Notes: generated by a model from the sequence alone, not told the origin. A DNA stretch of 64,000 nucleotides from an uncultured Nitrospiraceae bacterium (GCA_963730935.1 CAVSTP010000002.1:1-64000), one strand, 5' to 3'; shown: positions 8,214-18,169, numbered from the stretch's first letter. Program-made: numbers and translations.

Positions 8214-9098
8214 ATGTCGGCATCCAGCGCGGAGAATGTCCCCCGGCTGACCTGGTCCGCCGTGAGCCGCCTCATCCGTCTGCATAGCCAAACAGGCACC
8301 TGGCTGCTCATGCTGCCCACCCTGTGGGCGCTCGTCTTGTCTGCGAAAGGCATACCGCCGTTGCGGTTGCTCCTCATTTTTATGCTGGGTTCGTTCTTGA
8401 TGAGAAGCGCAGGCGTCATCCTCAACGATCTGGCCGATCGATCCTTCGACCGGCATGTCGCGAGAACGCGCCAACGGCCGCTCGCATCAGGTGAACTCCA
8501 GCCATGGCAAGCCCTCGCGGTCCTGGCCGTACTACTCACGCTCGCCGCACTCCTCGTGTTCCAACTTGATGTGCTCACGATCATGCTGAGTCCCGTGGCC
8601 ATTCTACTAGCGGCTTTGTATCCATTCGCGAAGCGGGTCGTTCACCTTCCGCAGGCGGTGTTGGGCATCGCCTTCGGCTGGGGAACGATCATGGCTTGGA
8701 CCGCGTCGCGTGGAACAATCGAGAGTGCCGCCTGGCTGACGTTTGCCGCCACCGTCTGCTGGGCGATGGCCTACGATACGATTTATGCGCTCCAAGACAG
8801 GGACGACGACCGCCGCGTCGGCGTCAAATCATCCGCGCTGTACTTTGGATCCCGCACGTGGCTCGCCGTGGGAACCGCCGGGACCATGATGCTGCTCTTG
8901 CTGGGAATCGGCGCAGGAACAACCGGAATCGACGGGATCGCTTACGGTGTACTCACGGCAGTGGGAATCTTCTTGGCCAAACAGGTCAACGAGCTCAGGA
9001 CGCCGGTCTCGTCCGCTCGGGCATTCGAGCTCTTTCATCAACACGTATGGATCGGGACGGTGATTCTTGGCGGGTTGCTCTTAGGATTCTTGTGGTGA
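8214..9098 (+). CDS. ubiA: 4-hydroxybenzoate polyprenyltransferase
   Basis: 'NDLADRSFDRHVART..RPL.SG' and 'YDTIYALQDRDDD...GVKS' Asp-rich motifs. Confidence 0.9.
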   Translation: MSASSAENVPRLTWSAVSRLIRLHSQTGTWLLMLPTLWALVLSAKGIPPLRLLLIFMLGSFLMRSAGVILNDLADRSFDRHVARTRQRPLASGELQPWQALAVLAVLLTLAALLVFQLDVLTIMLSPVAILLAALYPFAKRVVHLPQAVLGIAFGWGTIMAWTASRGTIESAAWLTFAATVCWAMAYDTIYALQDRDDDRRVGVKSSALYFGSRTWLAVGTAGTMMLLLLGIGAGTTGIDGIAYGVLTAVGIFLAKQVNELRTPVSSARAFELFHQHVWIGTVILGGLLLGFLW

Positions 9099-9129
9099 CC
9101 CGGTCACGCCGCGCGCGCCTGCTTCCGCC

Positions 9130-10149
9130 TCAACTCGCCGGCTTGGCTGCCGGCGCCTCTTCCGACCTTGGCGCTCTCAAGGTGTTGAGGTACATGGTTA
9201 CGGCCTTCGCGTCCCCGTCGCTCAAGCCCAACGCCGGCATCCTGGTCTCGGGCTTCATCGATTGAGGATTCTTCACCCATCGGTAAATCCAGGTGCCGTT
9301 CAACCGGAAGCCCGCGCGGTCTAACGCCGGTCCGACCTTGCCTCCTTCGTTGGCAAGGCTGTGACATCCGTTGCAGCCGTACTTGTTCGAATAGAGTTTC
9401 TTTCCCAGCGCCGCGAGAGTCGCAGTCTGGTCGGGTTTCATGTTCAAATCCGGTCGCGCGACGCTCACGCCCCTTCCCGGCCTCGTGGTGAAATAGGTCA
9501 GTGCGGCTTGCACGGCGTCAAGCTCTTTTTTTGTCTGCACCATGGCCGCCTGCTCTTTGGCGTAGGCGGACTCATCGACGTCCACATCCTTTTTCAGCGC
9601 AGCGCTCTTTTTTTCCGCTTCTTCGTTGGCCCGCTTCTCGGCCGCCTCGTAGGCCTTCTTGGCCTCTTCGTCCTTTGCCTGGGCTTTTGTGACGGCTTCT
9701 TCCAGTTCCTTCTTGCGTTCCTCGACCTTGAACTCCATTTTCATGCCGTGCAGGGAGCGAACATAGCCGACAATGGCCCAAATCTCCTCTTCCGCGAGCG
9801 TGTACTTGAACGTCGGCATGGTCGGCACGGCAAACTCGTCGTCGCCGATCTTGTCTCCGCCTGGACTCGTGTCCTTCATGTCGCGGGAAATCGTATTGAA
9901 AATCTCTTCGTCCTTGAACGTGCTCATTTCCGACTTGTTGGACAGGTCTTTCGGCTTGGGATCGGGCATCGACGACCAGTTGAATCCTTCGTTCTGGCGG
10001 CCGTTCTCCCCGTGACAATGCATGCAGTAATGGGCGTACAATTCCTTCCCCAGTTTCTGCTGCTCGCTGGCGCAGCCCCCGGCGACCAGGGCCCACACTC
10101 CCACAAGGCCCAGCACCGACCCGATTACCCGTAGGTTTGCGGCCTTCAT
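9130..10149 (-). CDS. diheme cytochrome c lipoprotein
   Basis: Lipobox-like AGGC; CMHCH and CNGCH separated by a coiled coil; distal 'MP' Met ligands. Confidence 0.9.
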   Translation of the reverse strand: MKAANLRVIGSVLGLVGVWALVAGGCASEQQKLGKELYAHYCMHCHGENGRQNEGFNWSSMPDPKPKDLSNKSEMSTFKDEEIFNTISRDMKDTSPGGDKIGDDEFAVPTMPTFKYTLAEEEIWAIVGYVRSLHGMKMEFKVEERKKELEEAVTKAQAKDEEAKKAYEAAEKRANEEAEKKSAALKKDVDVDESAYAKEQAAMVQTKKELDAVQAALTYFTTRPGRGVSVARPDLNMKPDQTATLAALGKKLYSNKYGCNGCHSLANEGGKVGPALDRAGFRLNGTWIYRWVKNPQSMKPETRMPALGLSDGDAKAVTMYLNTLRAPRSEEAPAAKPAS

Positions 10150-10964
10150 GCTGAGTGCCCTTTCCTCAGTTTACGGATCAACACGAACTGAAACGCCAGG
10201 GCCACGCCCGTGGCCAGCGCCGCATAGATGTACCCGGAATAGTCGGGAGGCGCTTCAGCGCGGAAATACCACCAGGAGGAGACCGCCTTCTGCGATCCCT
10301 TTTCCACGAGATCTCCGGCCCCGTCCTTGCGGCCGTCCCAGACGGCGAACGCGATATTGATGAATTCTCCGGGTTTGAGTTGCATGTCTTCGTCGGGATG
10401 TTCGGTGGTCATCGCGCGGGAGAAGACGACCTTCCAGGTGCCATTAGCATAGACGCCCTTCGCCGTGACGTCTTGGTGGGTTTGCAGCTTCAGCGTGCCG
10501 AAGCCCATCGCGCTCATGTCGACGCCTTTGCCGTCTTTGTTGCGCCAAAACCAGATGTTCACCGGCCCGCCTTGCACCTGGGCCATTGGTTGTCCATGCG
10601 CAAAATGCGCCTTCTTATCGCCGACCATGAACTCGAGTGCGGCGGCATCGGCCGGGTCTTCGGTCGGATCGGCATATTCGAGCAGGACTGCGACATGCTG
10701 GCCGTCGTTCAAGGCGCGCACCTTGACGTCCTTCACGGTCACTTCCTGGATGCGATTTTGCCAATGCACTTGTGGAGACAGGGGAAACTGAGCCTGTGGG
10801 GCGCTGCTCCAGGCGGCGGCATTCGGATCGTCCAGCGGGATCGGACTCTTGGTCATCATGGCGCGCACGGCGACGCTTTCCTGGGCCCAGCCGGGAAGGC
10901 TTGCCGCAAGCAGCACCGCGAAGGTTGCGCCCGCCACCGCTCTGATTGCACGTCGCTGTCTCAT
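10146..10964 (-). CDS. ethylbenzene dehydrogenase gamma-like (EB_dh/DOMON) heme b protein, NxrC-like
   Basis: Signal peptide; 'DAAALEF', 'VNIWFW', 'GTWKVVFSR', 'IAFAVWDG...KAVSSW'; C-terminal TM anchor. Confidence 0.8.
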   Translation of the reverse strand: MRQRRAIRAVAGATFAVLLAASLPGWAQESVAVRAMMTKSPIPLDDPNAAAWSSAPQAQFPLSPQVHWQNRIQEVTVKDVKVRALNDGQHVAVLLEYADPTEDPADAAALEFMVGDKKAHFAHGQPMAQVQGGPVNIWFWRNKDGKGVDMSAMGFGTLKLQTHQDVTAKGVYANGTWKVVFSRAMTTEHPDEDMQLKPGEFINIAFAVWDGRKDGAGDLVEKGSQKAVSSWWYFRAEAPPDYSGYIYAALATGVALAFQFVLIRKLRKGHSA

Positions 10965-10987
10965 AGGTGCCTCGTCAAACCTGAGTG

Positions 10988-11704
10988 TTACTCCCATGTG
11001 CGCGGAGATTGATGGGCCCCGTCGTACTCGCCGAGAATGATCTTCCAAATCCATTCATCGGGCAGCTCGACCTCCCACCTCGGCATGGCCGACTTCCACG
11101 GCATGCCCTCGATCGGTAGCCCTACTCCACCCTTCTTGATGCGCCAGAAGAGGTAGCTCTCCTGCAACATGGCGATTGTCGTAGGGTCGGAAAAATTGGC
11201 CGGCGGCGGGCTAAATCCGCGGGCAGCCGGACCCTTGCCGTCGAAACTCCCGCCGTGGCAGGGAGAGCAGAATGCGGCGTAAAAGCCTTTCCCCTGCATG
11301 ATGTTCTCTGGCGTTTTTGAGACGGGGTTCGACAAACCGGTGTACTCGCCTGGAGGCGCGGGATGAATGGTGCGGTTTTCCGCAGGCGGCGCATCACTGA
11401 CTGCCGTGCTTCCATAGGTCTGCCATCCGACCAGCAACGGGAACAGGATCAGTACCCCGTACCGGGCGCTCTGCAGTGCGCCGATGTTCTCGCCGGTCAG
11501 GAAGCGCTGAATCGGCCCCCAGAAGGCGTCCTTTGACTCGCCGCTCATCGTGTAATAAATGACGATGCCTGCCATCGTCAGCATGAGGTACAGAAAGATG
11601 AGACTGGAGGGCAACGGCGCTGAACCGGGAATGTTGGGCACCACGAACTTCAACAAGAGATAGATGACGACCATTAGGATGATGGGTTTGGTCAATGCGC
11701 CCAT
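10988..11704 (-). CDS. membrane-anchored cytochrome c
   Basis: 3 N-terminal TM segments; CSPCH; 'SAMPRW'. Confidence 0.9.
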   Translation of the reverse strand: MGALTKPIILMVVIYLLLKFVVPNIPGSAPLPSSLIFLYLMLTMAGIVIYYTMSGESKDAFWGPIQRFLTGENIGALQSARYGVLILFPLLVGWQTYGSTAVSDAPPAENRTIHPAPPGEYTGLSNPVSKTPENIMQGKGFYAAFCSPCHGGSFDGKGPAARGFSPPPANFSDPTTIAMLQESYLFWRIKKGGVGLPIEGMPWKSAMPRWEVELPDEWIWKIILGEYDGAHQSPRTWE

Positions 11705-11714
11705 GGGTGCCTCC

Positions 11715-12338
11715 TCAACGTGCCTGTGCGACGGCGACCGGCCTGGTATCTCCGGCCTTGACCGGCGCGGGTGGAGCCTGTCCCGGCACTTCGAGCTCAG
11801 ACGGGCTGACGGAAATCGGCTCCCCGCTCATCTGCTGTAGGAACGCGATCACGGACAAAATCTCGTTCTTCGTCAGGCCGATCGGGTTCTTGTTGATGTA
11901 GGGCATGCGGGCCGGATATTCCTTGGGTAGCCCTTCGTGCCGGTAGTCCAGGTAGACATAGGCCTGCGGTTGCGTCAAGCTTTCGAAAATGAACTCACGG
12001 CTGAGCTTGGCGCCGATGCCTTTCAGATCCGGGCACCGCGCCGATTCGCTCGGGCCGATGGAATGGCACAGCGCGCACTGCCCCTTGCTGAAAAAGATTT
12101 TCTGCCCAATGGCGGCCATATCGGTCGGGGTCTTGACGGTGGCGATGTCGAATTTTTCTTCCGCGGGCGGTAGCGAGGCCATCTGCGGAACCGACAGCGC
12201 CACGAGCGAGAAGAGGCCCAGCACGATGGCGACAAATCCGATGACCCGGGCGAACTGGGCCCGAATGAAGAGCAGAATAACGATGCCCACCCCAACAACC
12301 GTCAGACCGATGAGCTGCAGTTTTACGACTTCATCCAT
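11715..12338 (-). CDS. membrane-anchored cytochrome c
   Basis: 2 TM segments; CALCH; 'ARMP'. Confidence 0.9.
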   Translation of the reverse strand: MDEVVKLQLIGLTVVGVGIVILLFIRAQFARVIGFVAIVLGLFSLVALSVPQMASLPPAEEKFDIATVKTPTDMAAIGQKIFFSKGQCALCHSIGPSESARCPDLKGIGAKLSREFIFESLTQPQAYVYLDYRHEGLPKEYPARMPYINKNPIGLTKNEILSVIAFLQQMSGEPISVSPSELEVPGQAPPAPVKAGDTRPVAVAQAR

Positions 12339-12386
12339 ATACTTCCTTCAGTGCGCAATTGAGAAATGTTGCCCTCTCACATTCCT

Positions 12387-14252
12387 TTATTGCTCGTTGC
12401 CGCGCGGAAGTGATCCGCCCGCCATCGCGGGCACGCCGTGCGGCAATTTGCCCTTCTCTCCTCCGCCATAGCCGGTGGCCTTGCCCTTATCCCCCATGGT
12501 CGCGACCCAGAAAATAAAGGCCACGAGCATGCAAAACAGGAACGTATTGAGCGCCATTAACGCCGCGGCATATCCCAACGCAGGGGAAAACGCATATTGC
12601 GACGAGTCCCGCATGACGCCGTACACATGCCAGTGCACGCGCGAGGAGGAACGGGCATAGCCCATCAGGGTCATCAAGAGAATGACCATGACCGCGTTCA
12701 GCACCAGTGCATATCCGGCGCGCGGAGGCATCCGGCCCCAGACCATTTCCGTGGTCGTTCTGGCGCTCTTCAACAACAGCGCCGTGAGCGGCGTAATGGT
12801 CAGCATCACGAAGAGGACGATCAGCACCTGCGATGTTGAGAAGTAGTTAATGCGGATGATCGCCGGAACGAAATAGCCCCAGACGCCCAGCACGATCACG
12901 GCAATGCCCGCAAGGACGAGAACCGCTCCCATGACCGACCGCGCCACTTTGGCCCAGGTGGCCGTTTCCTGTTTGCCGGCGCGCCAATACATGATGAAGC
13001 TCATGAACGTGACCAGGATCATCAGATTGGCCACGGTCATTTTTGCCGACATGACGCCGAAGACGCCGAGGAGCGGATGGTGTGTCCCGCCCATCTTCCG
13101 CGCTTCTTCGAGGCTCGCGACCAGCGAATGCGGCGTCATCCAGACGCCGAGACACAACAGCAGAATGACCAGCATGGTCATGATCGGCTTCTTGTACTGA
13201 TGTTCCGACCCAGGAATGCGGTGCGTGATCCCGAGCCAGAAGTAATAATTGGAGCCGAGGAACAGCACGCCGATCAGCATCGCCTGCAGGATGAAGAGCC
13301 AGGAGAGGAATCCGCCCATGAGAGTGATGCCCATCTGCTGGTTGTACTGATAGATTTCGCGCATCAGCCAGTAGCCGGCGAACGGAAGCGGCAAGAGACC
13401 GAAGACGCCGATGAAATTACCGACGTATCCCATCCAGTCGTAGTGATCACGCTCCTCGGCGTTGCGGGCCGCCAGATACCGGATGCCGGCATAGGCACCG
13501 CAGATATAGCCGCCGAGCACGACGTTGGCGATGAGTCGATGGATGTTGACCGGCCACCAGGTCGGATTCCAGGTTGCGGCCCAGGCCCGCGCCAAGTCCG
13601 TGCCTTCTGCGATCACGACCGGGCTCGCTTGGAACGTGGCCCAGGAGTTCGGCACGATCATGATGAAGAACGCAAACAGGTTCAGCAGGAAGCCCAGGAA
13701 AATGTGAAACGTCTTCGCTCCGCCTTCCGACATCGCGTCCCAGCCGTACCAGTAGAGATAGAGTGTGGCAGTCTCGAGCAGGAAGAGGAGGCAGTAGAAG
13801 ATGAACGAAGGGAAAAAGATATCCGTCAGGTAGTTCATCAGCTTCGGATAGAAGCCAATGAGCAGGAACAAGAGAATTCCGCCGAAGAGCGCCGTCGTCG
13901 CGTAGGACGACGTCAACAGCTTCGTGAACTCCTTGGCCAGCTTGTCGTAGCGCTTTTCTCCGCTCTTCCAGCCGACGATTTCACAGAGCCAGGCGAAGAT
14001 CGGCACGCCCAGCACGAAGCCTGCGAGCAGCAGGTGCAACTGTGCGATGATCCACACGATGTTCCGGCTGCCGATGCCGGGAATATCGCGATATTCGACG
14101 GGACCGGCCGGAGCACCCTCCGCGGCAAAACCCAACGACGGCAACGCGAGCCATCCCGCCGCAAGCAACCACACCGAGAGCCATCCTCCGTGACCGCGGA
14201 GGGTCCGGTGCATTCGCTGGAGCTGTCCGCCCTGGTGTCGCATGGCACTCAC
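12387..14252 (-). CDS. cytochrome bd-like oxidase subunit (CydA-like), copy 1
   Basis: 'AQLHLLLAGFVLGVP', 'FLLE...LYLY.YGWD', 'NSWATFQASP', 'NIHRL'; start may be slightly downstream. Confidence 0.85.
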   Translation of the reverse strand: MSAMRHQGGQLQRMHRTLRGHGGWLSVWLLAAGWLALPSLGFAAEGAPAGPVEYRDIPGIGSRNIVWIIAQLHLLLAGFVLGVPIFAWLCEIVGWKSGEKRYDKLAKEFTKLLTSSYATTALFGGILLFLLIGFYPKLMNYLTDIFFPSFIFYCLLFLLETATLYLYWYGWDAMSEGGAKTFHIFLGFLLNLFAFFIMIVPNSWATFQASPVVIAEGTDLARAWAATWNPTWWPVNIHRLIANVVLGGYICGAYAGIRYLAARNAEERDHYDWMGYVGNFIGVFGLLPLPFAGYWLMREIYQYNQQMGITLMGGFLSWLFILQAMLIGVLFLGSNYYFWLGITHRIPGSEHQYKKPIMTMLVILLLCLGVWMTPHSLVASLEEARKMGGTHHPLLGVFGVMSAKMTVANLMILVTFMSFIMYWRAGKQETATWAKVARSVMGAVLVLAGIAVIVLGVWGYFVPAIIRINYFSTSQVLIVLFVMLTITPLTALLLKSARTTTEMVWGRMPPRAGYALVLNAVMVILLMTLMGYARSSSRVHWHVYGVMRDSSQYAFSPALGYAAALMALNTFLFCMLVAFIFWVATMGDKGKATGYGGGEKGKLPHGVPAMAGGSLPRGNEQ

Positions 14253-14271
14253 CTCTTCCAGTCAGGCACGA

Positions 14272-15249
14272 TTACGGTTTCTTCTTCTGCGCTGGAGCCG
14301 CCGCCTCGCTCCCGGCCTTGTTTCCCTTGCCTTTGTTCTTTTCCGCCTCGGCCTTCTGCTTTTCCAATGCGTCGATCTGCACCTCTAGCTGCGCGATCAT
14401 TTTTTCGTCTTTGTTCAGGGTCTCGAGCGGCTTGAACAGCGCCTGGGCTTTGACGTCCGGTTTCTTGCAGCATTCGTGAGGATGAGGAGTCGTCACAGGC
14501 AGCGCGGCCCAGAACAGCATCGACAGCACAACTCCACCGAGCGTGAGGGACGTGAGCATCAAGCTCTGATCCGCCGGCACCCGCATCAGATCCCATCGTT
14601 TGACGACGTTCTGATAATTGTCCGAGACGGGGCGAGCCGCCTCCGCCGTGCTTCGAATGATCCGTCCAACGAGCGACACGCCGATGAGGAGCAGCACAAT
14701 CAAGACACCTGTCGAGACGCTGCCCCACAGGCTCAGCTCCATACTGATACGTTCTGCGACGGGAACGCCTTTGAGGAACTCAAGCTCCATGAGCGAATGG
14801 GCCATGGAGATGGCCGTCGAGGTCACTGTCCCGACGATGAACCATACCAGCGGGAGGAAGACCGCCCCGACGACGGCGCTCTTCCACCAGAGCGTCACCC
14901 CAAGCCCCTCGGGCGGCTCCTTGCGGAGTTTCTCGAGGAAATAGGTGCGGCCGACGAGGCCCAACGCCCAGATATCAATGGGGATTGAGAGCAAGAACAG
15001 CAACGCGATGCCCGCGCCCTCTCCGATGTGCGATTCCAGGCCCATCGTAATGACCGGCACGGCAAAGACCGTGACGGGACTGGCCAACAACATCAGAAAA
15101 CCCAGCCCCAGCCGGTTTTCGAAATGCATCAAGTCCATGGCGAAAAAAACCAGCACAAAGGCCAGCTTGATCGGCAGACCCGTCCAAAAGGCGGACCAGA
15201 GCACGCCGAGACCGATCTTCGTGGGGGACAAGTCGCGTTCGTCGCTCAT
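14272..15249 (-). CDS. conserved polytopic membrane protein of unknown function
   Basis: About 6 TM segments, 'HPHECC' and a coiled-coil tail; lies in the operon with RBS GGAAGC. Confidence 0.75.
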   Translation of the reverse strand: MSDERDLSPTKIGLGVLWSAFWTGLPIKLAFVLVFFAMDLMHFENRLGLGFLMLLASPVTVFAVPVITMGLESHIGEGAGIALLFLLSIPIDIWALGLVGRTYFLEKLRKEPPEGLGVTLWWKSAVVGAVFLPLVWFIVGTVTSTAISMAHSLMELEFLKGVPVAERISMELSLWGSVSTGVLIVLLLIGVSLVGRIIRSTAEAARPVSDNYQNVVKRWDLMRVPADQSLMLTSLTLGGVVLSMLFWAALPVTTPHPHECCKKPDVKAQALFKPLETLNKDEKMIAQLEVQIDALEKQKAEAEKNKGKGNKAGSEAAAPAQKKKP

Positions 15250-15277
15250 AGCTTCCTGCGACCAGTTTGCGCCGATC

Positions 15278-16390
15278 CTAATCCAGAAACTCGCGGTTGA
15301 TGATGGCGGACACCGTAAACAACAGAATCGCCGCCATCACGACAATCCAGCCGATCAAGGCGACCGGACGTTTGAAAATGTTTCGTTCGGGATCGCGGTC
15401 GATGAACGGCAGCGCCGCCAGCAGGGCCATAAATGCGCCCGGTAAGGCGATGGCCCCGAGAAACTGGCCGAACTCACCGGCAAATATTTTCAGCCGCAGG
15501 AGCTGGAACAAGAAGAGAAAATACCATTCGGGCTCCGGATGGTAATCGCCGGGATCGGGCGTCGCTTCTTCAAGCAGCACCACCGGCTCCCAGAAGGCCA
15601 TCGCGACGATGCTGGCAAACACCACCGCCATGCCGACGATGTCCTTCCAGACTTGGCGCGGGAAAAAGAAGTCGGTTTTGGCCTTGATTTCCTCCGGCGT
15701 GCCTCGGAACGGACCGGCGGGGCCGGCCGCACGGAACAAGAACAGATGGAGACCTGCGAGACCCATCAGGGCCGCGGGAAGAATCATGACATGGATCACA
15801 AAGAACCGGCTCAACGTCATTTGGCCCGGCGTCGGCCCGCCCTTGAGGAACCGTGCCATGAAATCGCCGAGCAGCGGTGTCTTGTCCATGATTTCAACGC
15901 CGACGGTCGTGGCCCAATAGGCGCGCTGATCCCACGGCAGGAGGTAGCCCGTAAAGCCGAACCCCATCACGATGCCGAAGAGCGCCAGTCCGACCAGCCA
16001 GATCATTTCTCGGGGAGGCTTGTAGGCGCCCCAGAGAAATACCTGCGACATATGCGCAAAGACGCAGACAACCATCGCGGTGGAGCCCCAGAAGTGATAA
16101 CTCAGGAGGAACCAGCCATAGTCAACGTCGTGGATGATGTATTGCGTGCTCGCGTAGGCATGATCGGCGGTCGGCACATAATAGAACATGAGGAGGATGC
16201 CGGTCACCGCCTGCATAATGAAAATGAAGAGGAGCACGGAACCAAACACATAAGCCCAACGGGAACCGCCCGGAACCGGTTCGTTGAGCATCTTCGCCTG
16301 CATCTGCTTGAGGCCCACGCGCTCGTCAACGAAGGCGATGACCTTTTCGATCACGGTAGGCTGGCTGCTGGGGAGCGACGAGTGTTCCAT
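15278..16390 (-). CDS. qcrB: cytochrome b of a Rieske/cytochrome b complex (fused b + subunit IV)
   Basis: H-x13-H and H-x14-H heme ligands; 'GFTGYLLPWDQ.AYWA', 'PEWYF'. Confidence 0.95.
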   Translation of the reverse strand: MEHSSLPSSQPTVIEKVIAFVDERVGLKQMQAKMLNEPVPGGSRWAYVFGSVLLFIFIMQAVTGILLMFYYVPTADHAYASTQYIIHDVDYGWFLLSYHFWGSTAMVVCVFAHMSQVFLWGAYKPPREMIWLVGLALFGIVMGFGFTGYLLPWDQRAYWATTVGVEIMDKTPLLGDFMARFLKGGPTPGQMTLSRFFVIHVMILPAALMGLAGLHLFLFRAAGPAGPFRGTPEEIKAKTDFFFPRQVWKDIVGMAVVFASIVAMAFWEPVVLLEEATPDPGDYHPEPEWYFLFLFQLLRLKIFAGEFGQFLGAIALPGAFMALLAALPFIDRDPERNIFKRPVALIGWIVVMAAILLFTVSAIINREFLD

Positions 16391-17323
16391 TTAGACGATC
16401 CGAATCTGTGACTTCGTGCCCGCCTTGAATTCCATGTCAATGATTTGGACGTCTCCGCTTGCAGACACCTTGATCGGCAGCGCGTCGAGTGGACGCGGCG
16501 CCGGGCCGTCGAGCACCTTGCCGGAGGCGTCGTAAATGCTGAGGTGGCAGGGGCAGAGAAAGACCTGGCCCAGCACTTTATGCTTCCGCCATTTGTAGCC
16601 GCAGCCCAAATGGGGGCACTTCCCGGAAAACGCGACATAGGGAATGTCCTTTTTATTCGTCCAGACGGATTTCCCGGTCGCATCGCGGAATTCCATGTCC
16701 TTGCCCTGATAGACCTTGTCGAGCACCGCAGGGGTGGCCTTCAAGATCCAGACGTTCTTTTCGATTTCCGCTTCAGGCAAATAGACTTCTTTGACAAGTT
16801 TCTTGTACTTGAATTGCACCCCAATATCGTCCGTCTTGATCTTGCTGACGTTGCCGATCTTCAACCATCCGTTGTCCAACGGTGCGTACATCGGTTTCAT
16901 GAGATAGCGAAGGATGGGAAACGCGATCGGCAACCCGATCAGAAATCCGATCGCATGGGTAAAGTTCATGAAGAACGTCCGGCGCTTGACGTCCTTTTCC
17001 AGTTCGGGAAACGGAACGAGCACCTCGCCCGGAGTGACATGAAGATTGTCCTCCAGGTGAGCGATCTCGACTTCGTGGGTACTGAGGTATTCGTCGCGCT
17101 TGAACGGCGGCAAGGCCGCGACCTCTGATGAGGCGTTGCGCAGCTGCACGGCGTCGTCCGTGATGGTCTGGACGAGTGCCATAGACACCTGCCGCTCACC
17201 GCTGCCGTTCATAGATACGACGATGTGGCTGATCTCGCGCGAGAGAGGATCGACGATGACCTTCGTCACTTCGCCGATTTCCCGGTCCGTGCAGCGGACC
17301 TTTGACTTTAACTGCGGTTGCAT
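16391..17323 (-). CDS. qcrA: Rieske 2Fe-2S subunit with N-terminal PRC-barrel-like domain
   Basis: CPHLGC / CPCH; internal 'KRRTFF' plus TM; N-terminal 'IGEVTKVIVDP..REISHIVV'. Confidence 0.9.
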   Translation of the reverse strand: MQPQLKSKVRCTDREIGEVTKVIVDPLSREISHIVVSMNGSGERQVSMALVQTITDDAVQLRNASSEVAALPPFKRDEYLSTHEVEIAHLEDNLHVTPGEVLVPFPELEKDVKRRTFFMNFTHAIGFLIGLPIAFPILRYLMKPMYAPLDNGWLKIGNVSKIKTDDIGVQFKYKKLVKEVYLPEAEIEKNVWILKATPAVLDKVYQGKDMEFRDATGKSVWTNKKDIPYVAFSGKCPHLGCGYKWRKHKVLGQVFLCPCHLSIYDASGKVLDGPAPRPLDALPIKVSASGDVQIIDMEFKAGTKSQIRIV

Positions 17324-17326
17324 CGT

Positions 17327-18133
17327 CTACTTCTTCTTGATCGGTTTCGGCGTATTGACCGACGTGTTCTTGAATGTGACGAGCCAGGTGGCCAGCGCGA
17401 CGACGTCCGTCTCCTCCATGAGGTCCTTGTACTTGTCCGGCATCTTGCCTTTCTCGTACTCCTTCTCGAATCCCTCAGCCATCCAGCTCTTCGGATCGAG
17501 AATCTTCTGCTTGATGTCGTCGACGGTCAGCAAGTTGCCAATATTGTCGAGCTCGGGACCACGCTTCTTTCCGCCTTCACCCCGAAGCTTGTGGCAGTTG
17601 TAGCATTCTTGAAGTTGCCATTGATCCTCGCCGATCTTGAGGAGATCTCCGCTTCCGGTGCCGGTCGTGGACGGAGGAGCACCAGCTCCGCCAGCCGACT
17701 GCGCTGCAGGAGCCTGATCGCCGCCGAGGGCCTTGATCCGTGCGGCCAACGCTTTGGCCTGTTCATCGAGCGCCTTCGCCCGCGCGATCAACTCTTCAGC
17801 CTTCCCCTGCTCCGTCGCAGCCCGTTTGGGCTTCAGAATTTTTTCGATCTTGCCTTTTTCGTCCTCAGGATCGTACTGGGGCCACAGCGAGGCGCCGGCA
17901 ATGTACACGACACACAGGACGATGTAGAAGACCACCAGCGCGCCCACGGCCTTGACACCACCCACAGGCTTGAGGGACGGCAAGTCCAGGATGATGAACA
18001 CGGCGGTCCCCAGGAGGGCGTAGGCGAAGAACATCCACTGAAACACCGTCGGAAACTCCAGCGTTTTCGTGACGCCCAGGAGCACCGCGCCGACGATCAA
18101 CCCGACGACGAGCTTCTTAATCACGTTCCCCAT
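17327..18133 (-). CDS. membrane-anchored cytochrome c
   Basis: 3 TM segments; CYNCH; 'GPELDNIG', 'KMP'. Confidence 0.9.
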   Translation of the reverse strand: MGNVIKKLVVGLIVGAVLLGVTKTLEFPTVFQWMFFAYALLGTAVFIILDLPSLKPVGGVKAVGALVVFYIVLCVVYIAGASLWPQYDPEDEKGKIEKILKPKRAATEQGKAEELIARAKALDEQAKALAARIKALGGDQAPAAQSAGGAGAPPSTTGTGSGDLLKIGEDQWQLQECYNCHKLRGEGGKKRGPELDNIGNLLTVDDIKQKILDPKSWMAEGFEKEYEKGKMPDKYKDLMEETDVVALATWLVTFKNTSVNTPKPIKKK

Positions 18134-18169
18134 AACGTTCCTTTTCCTCGCACGAGGGTTCGATCTGAC

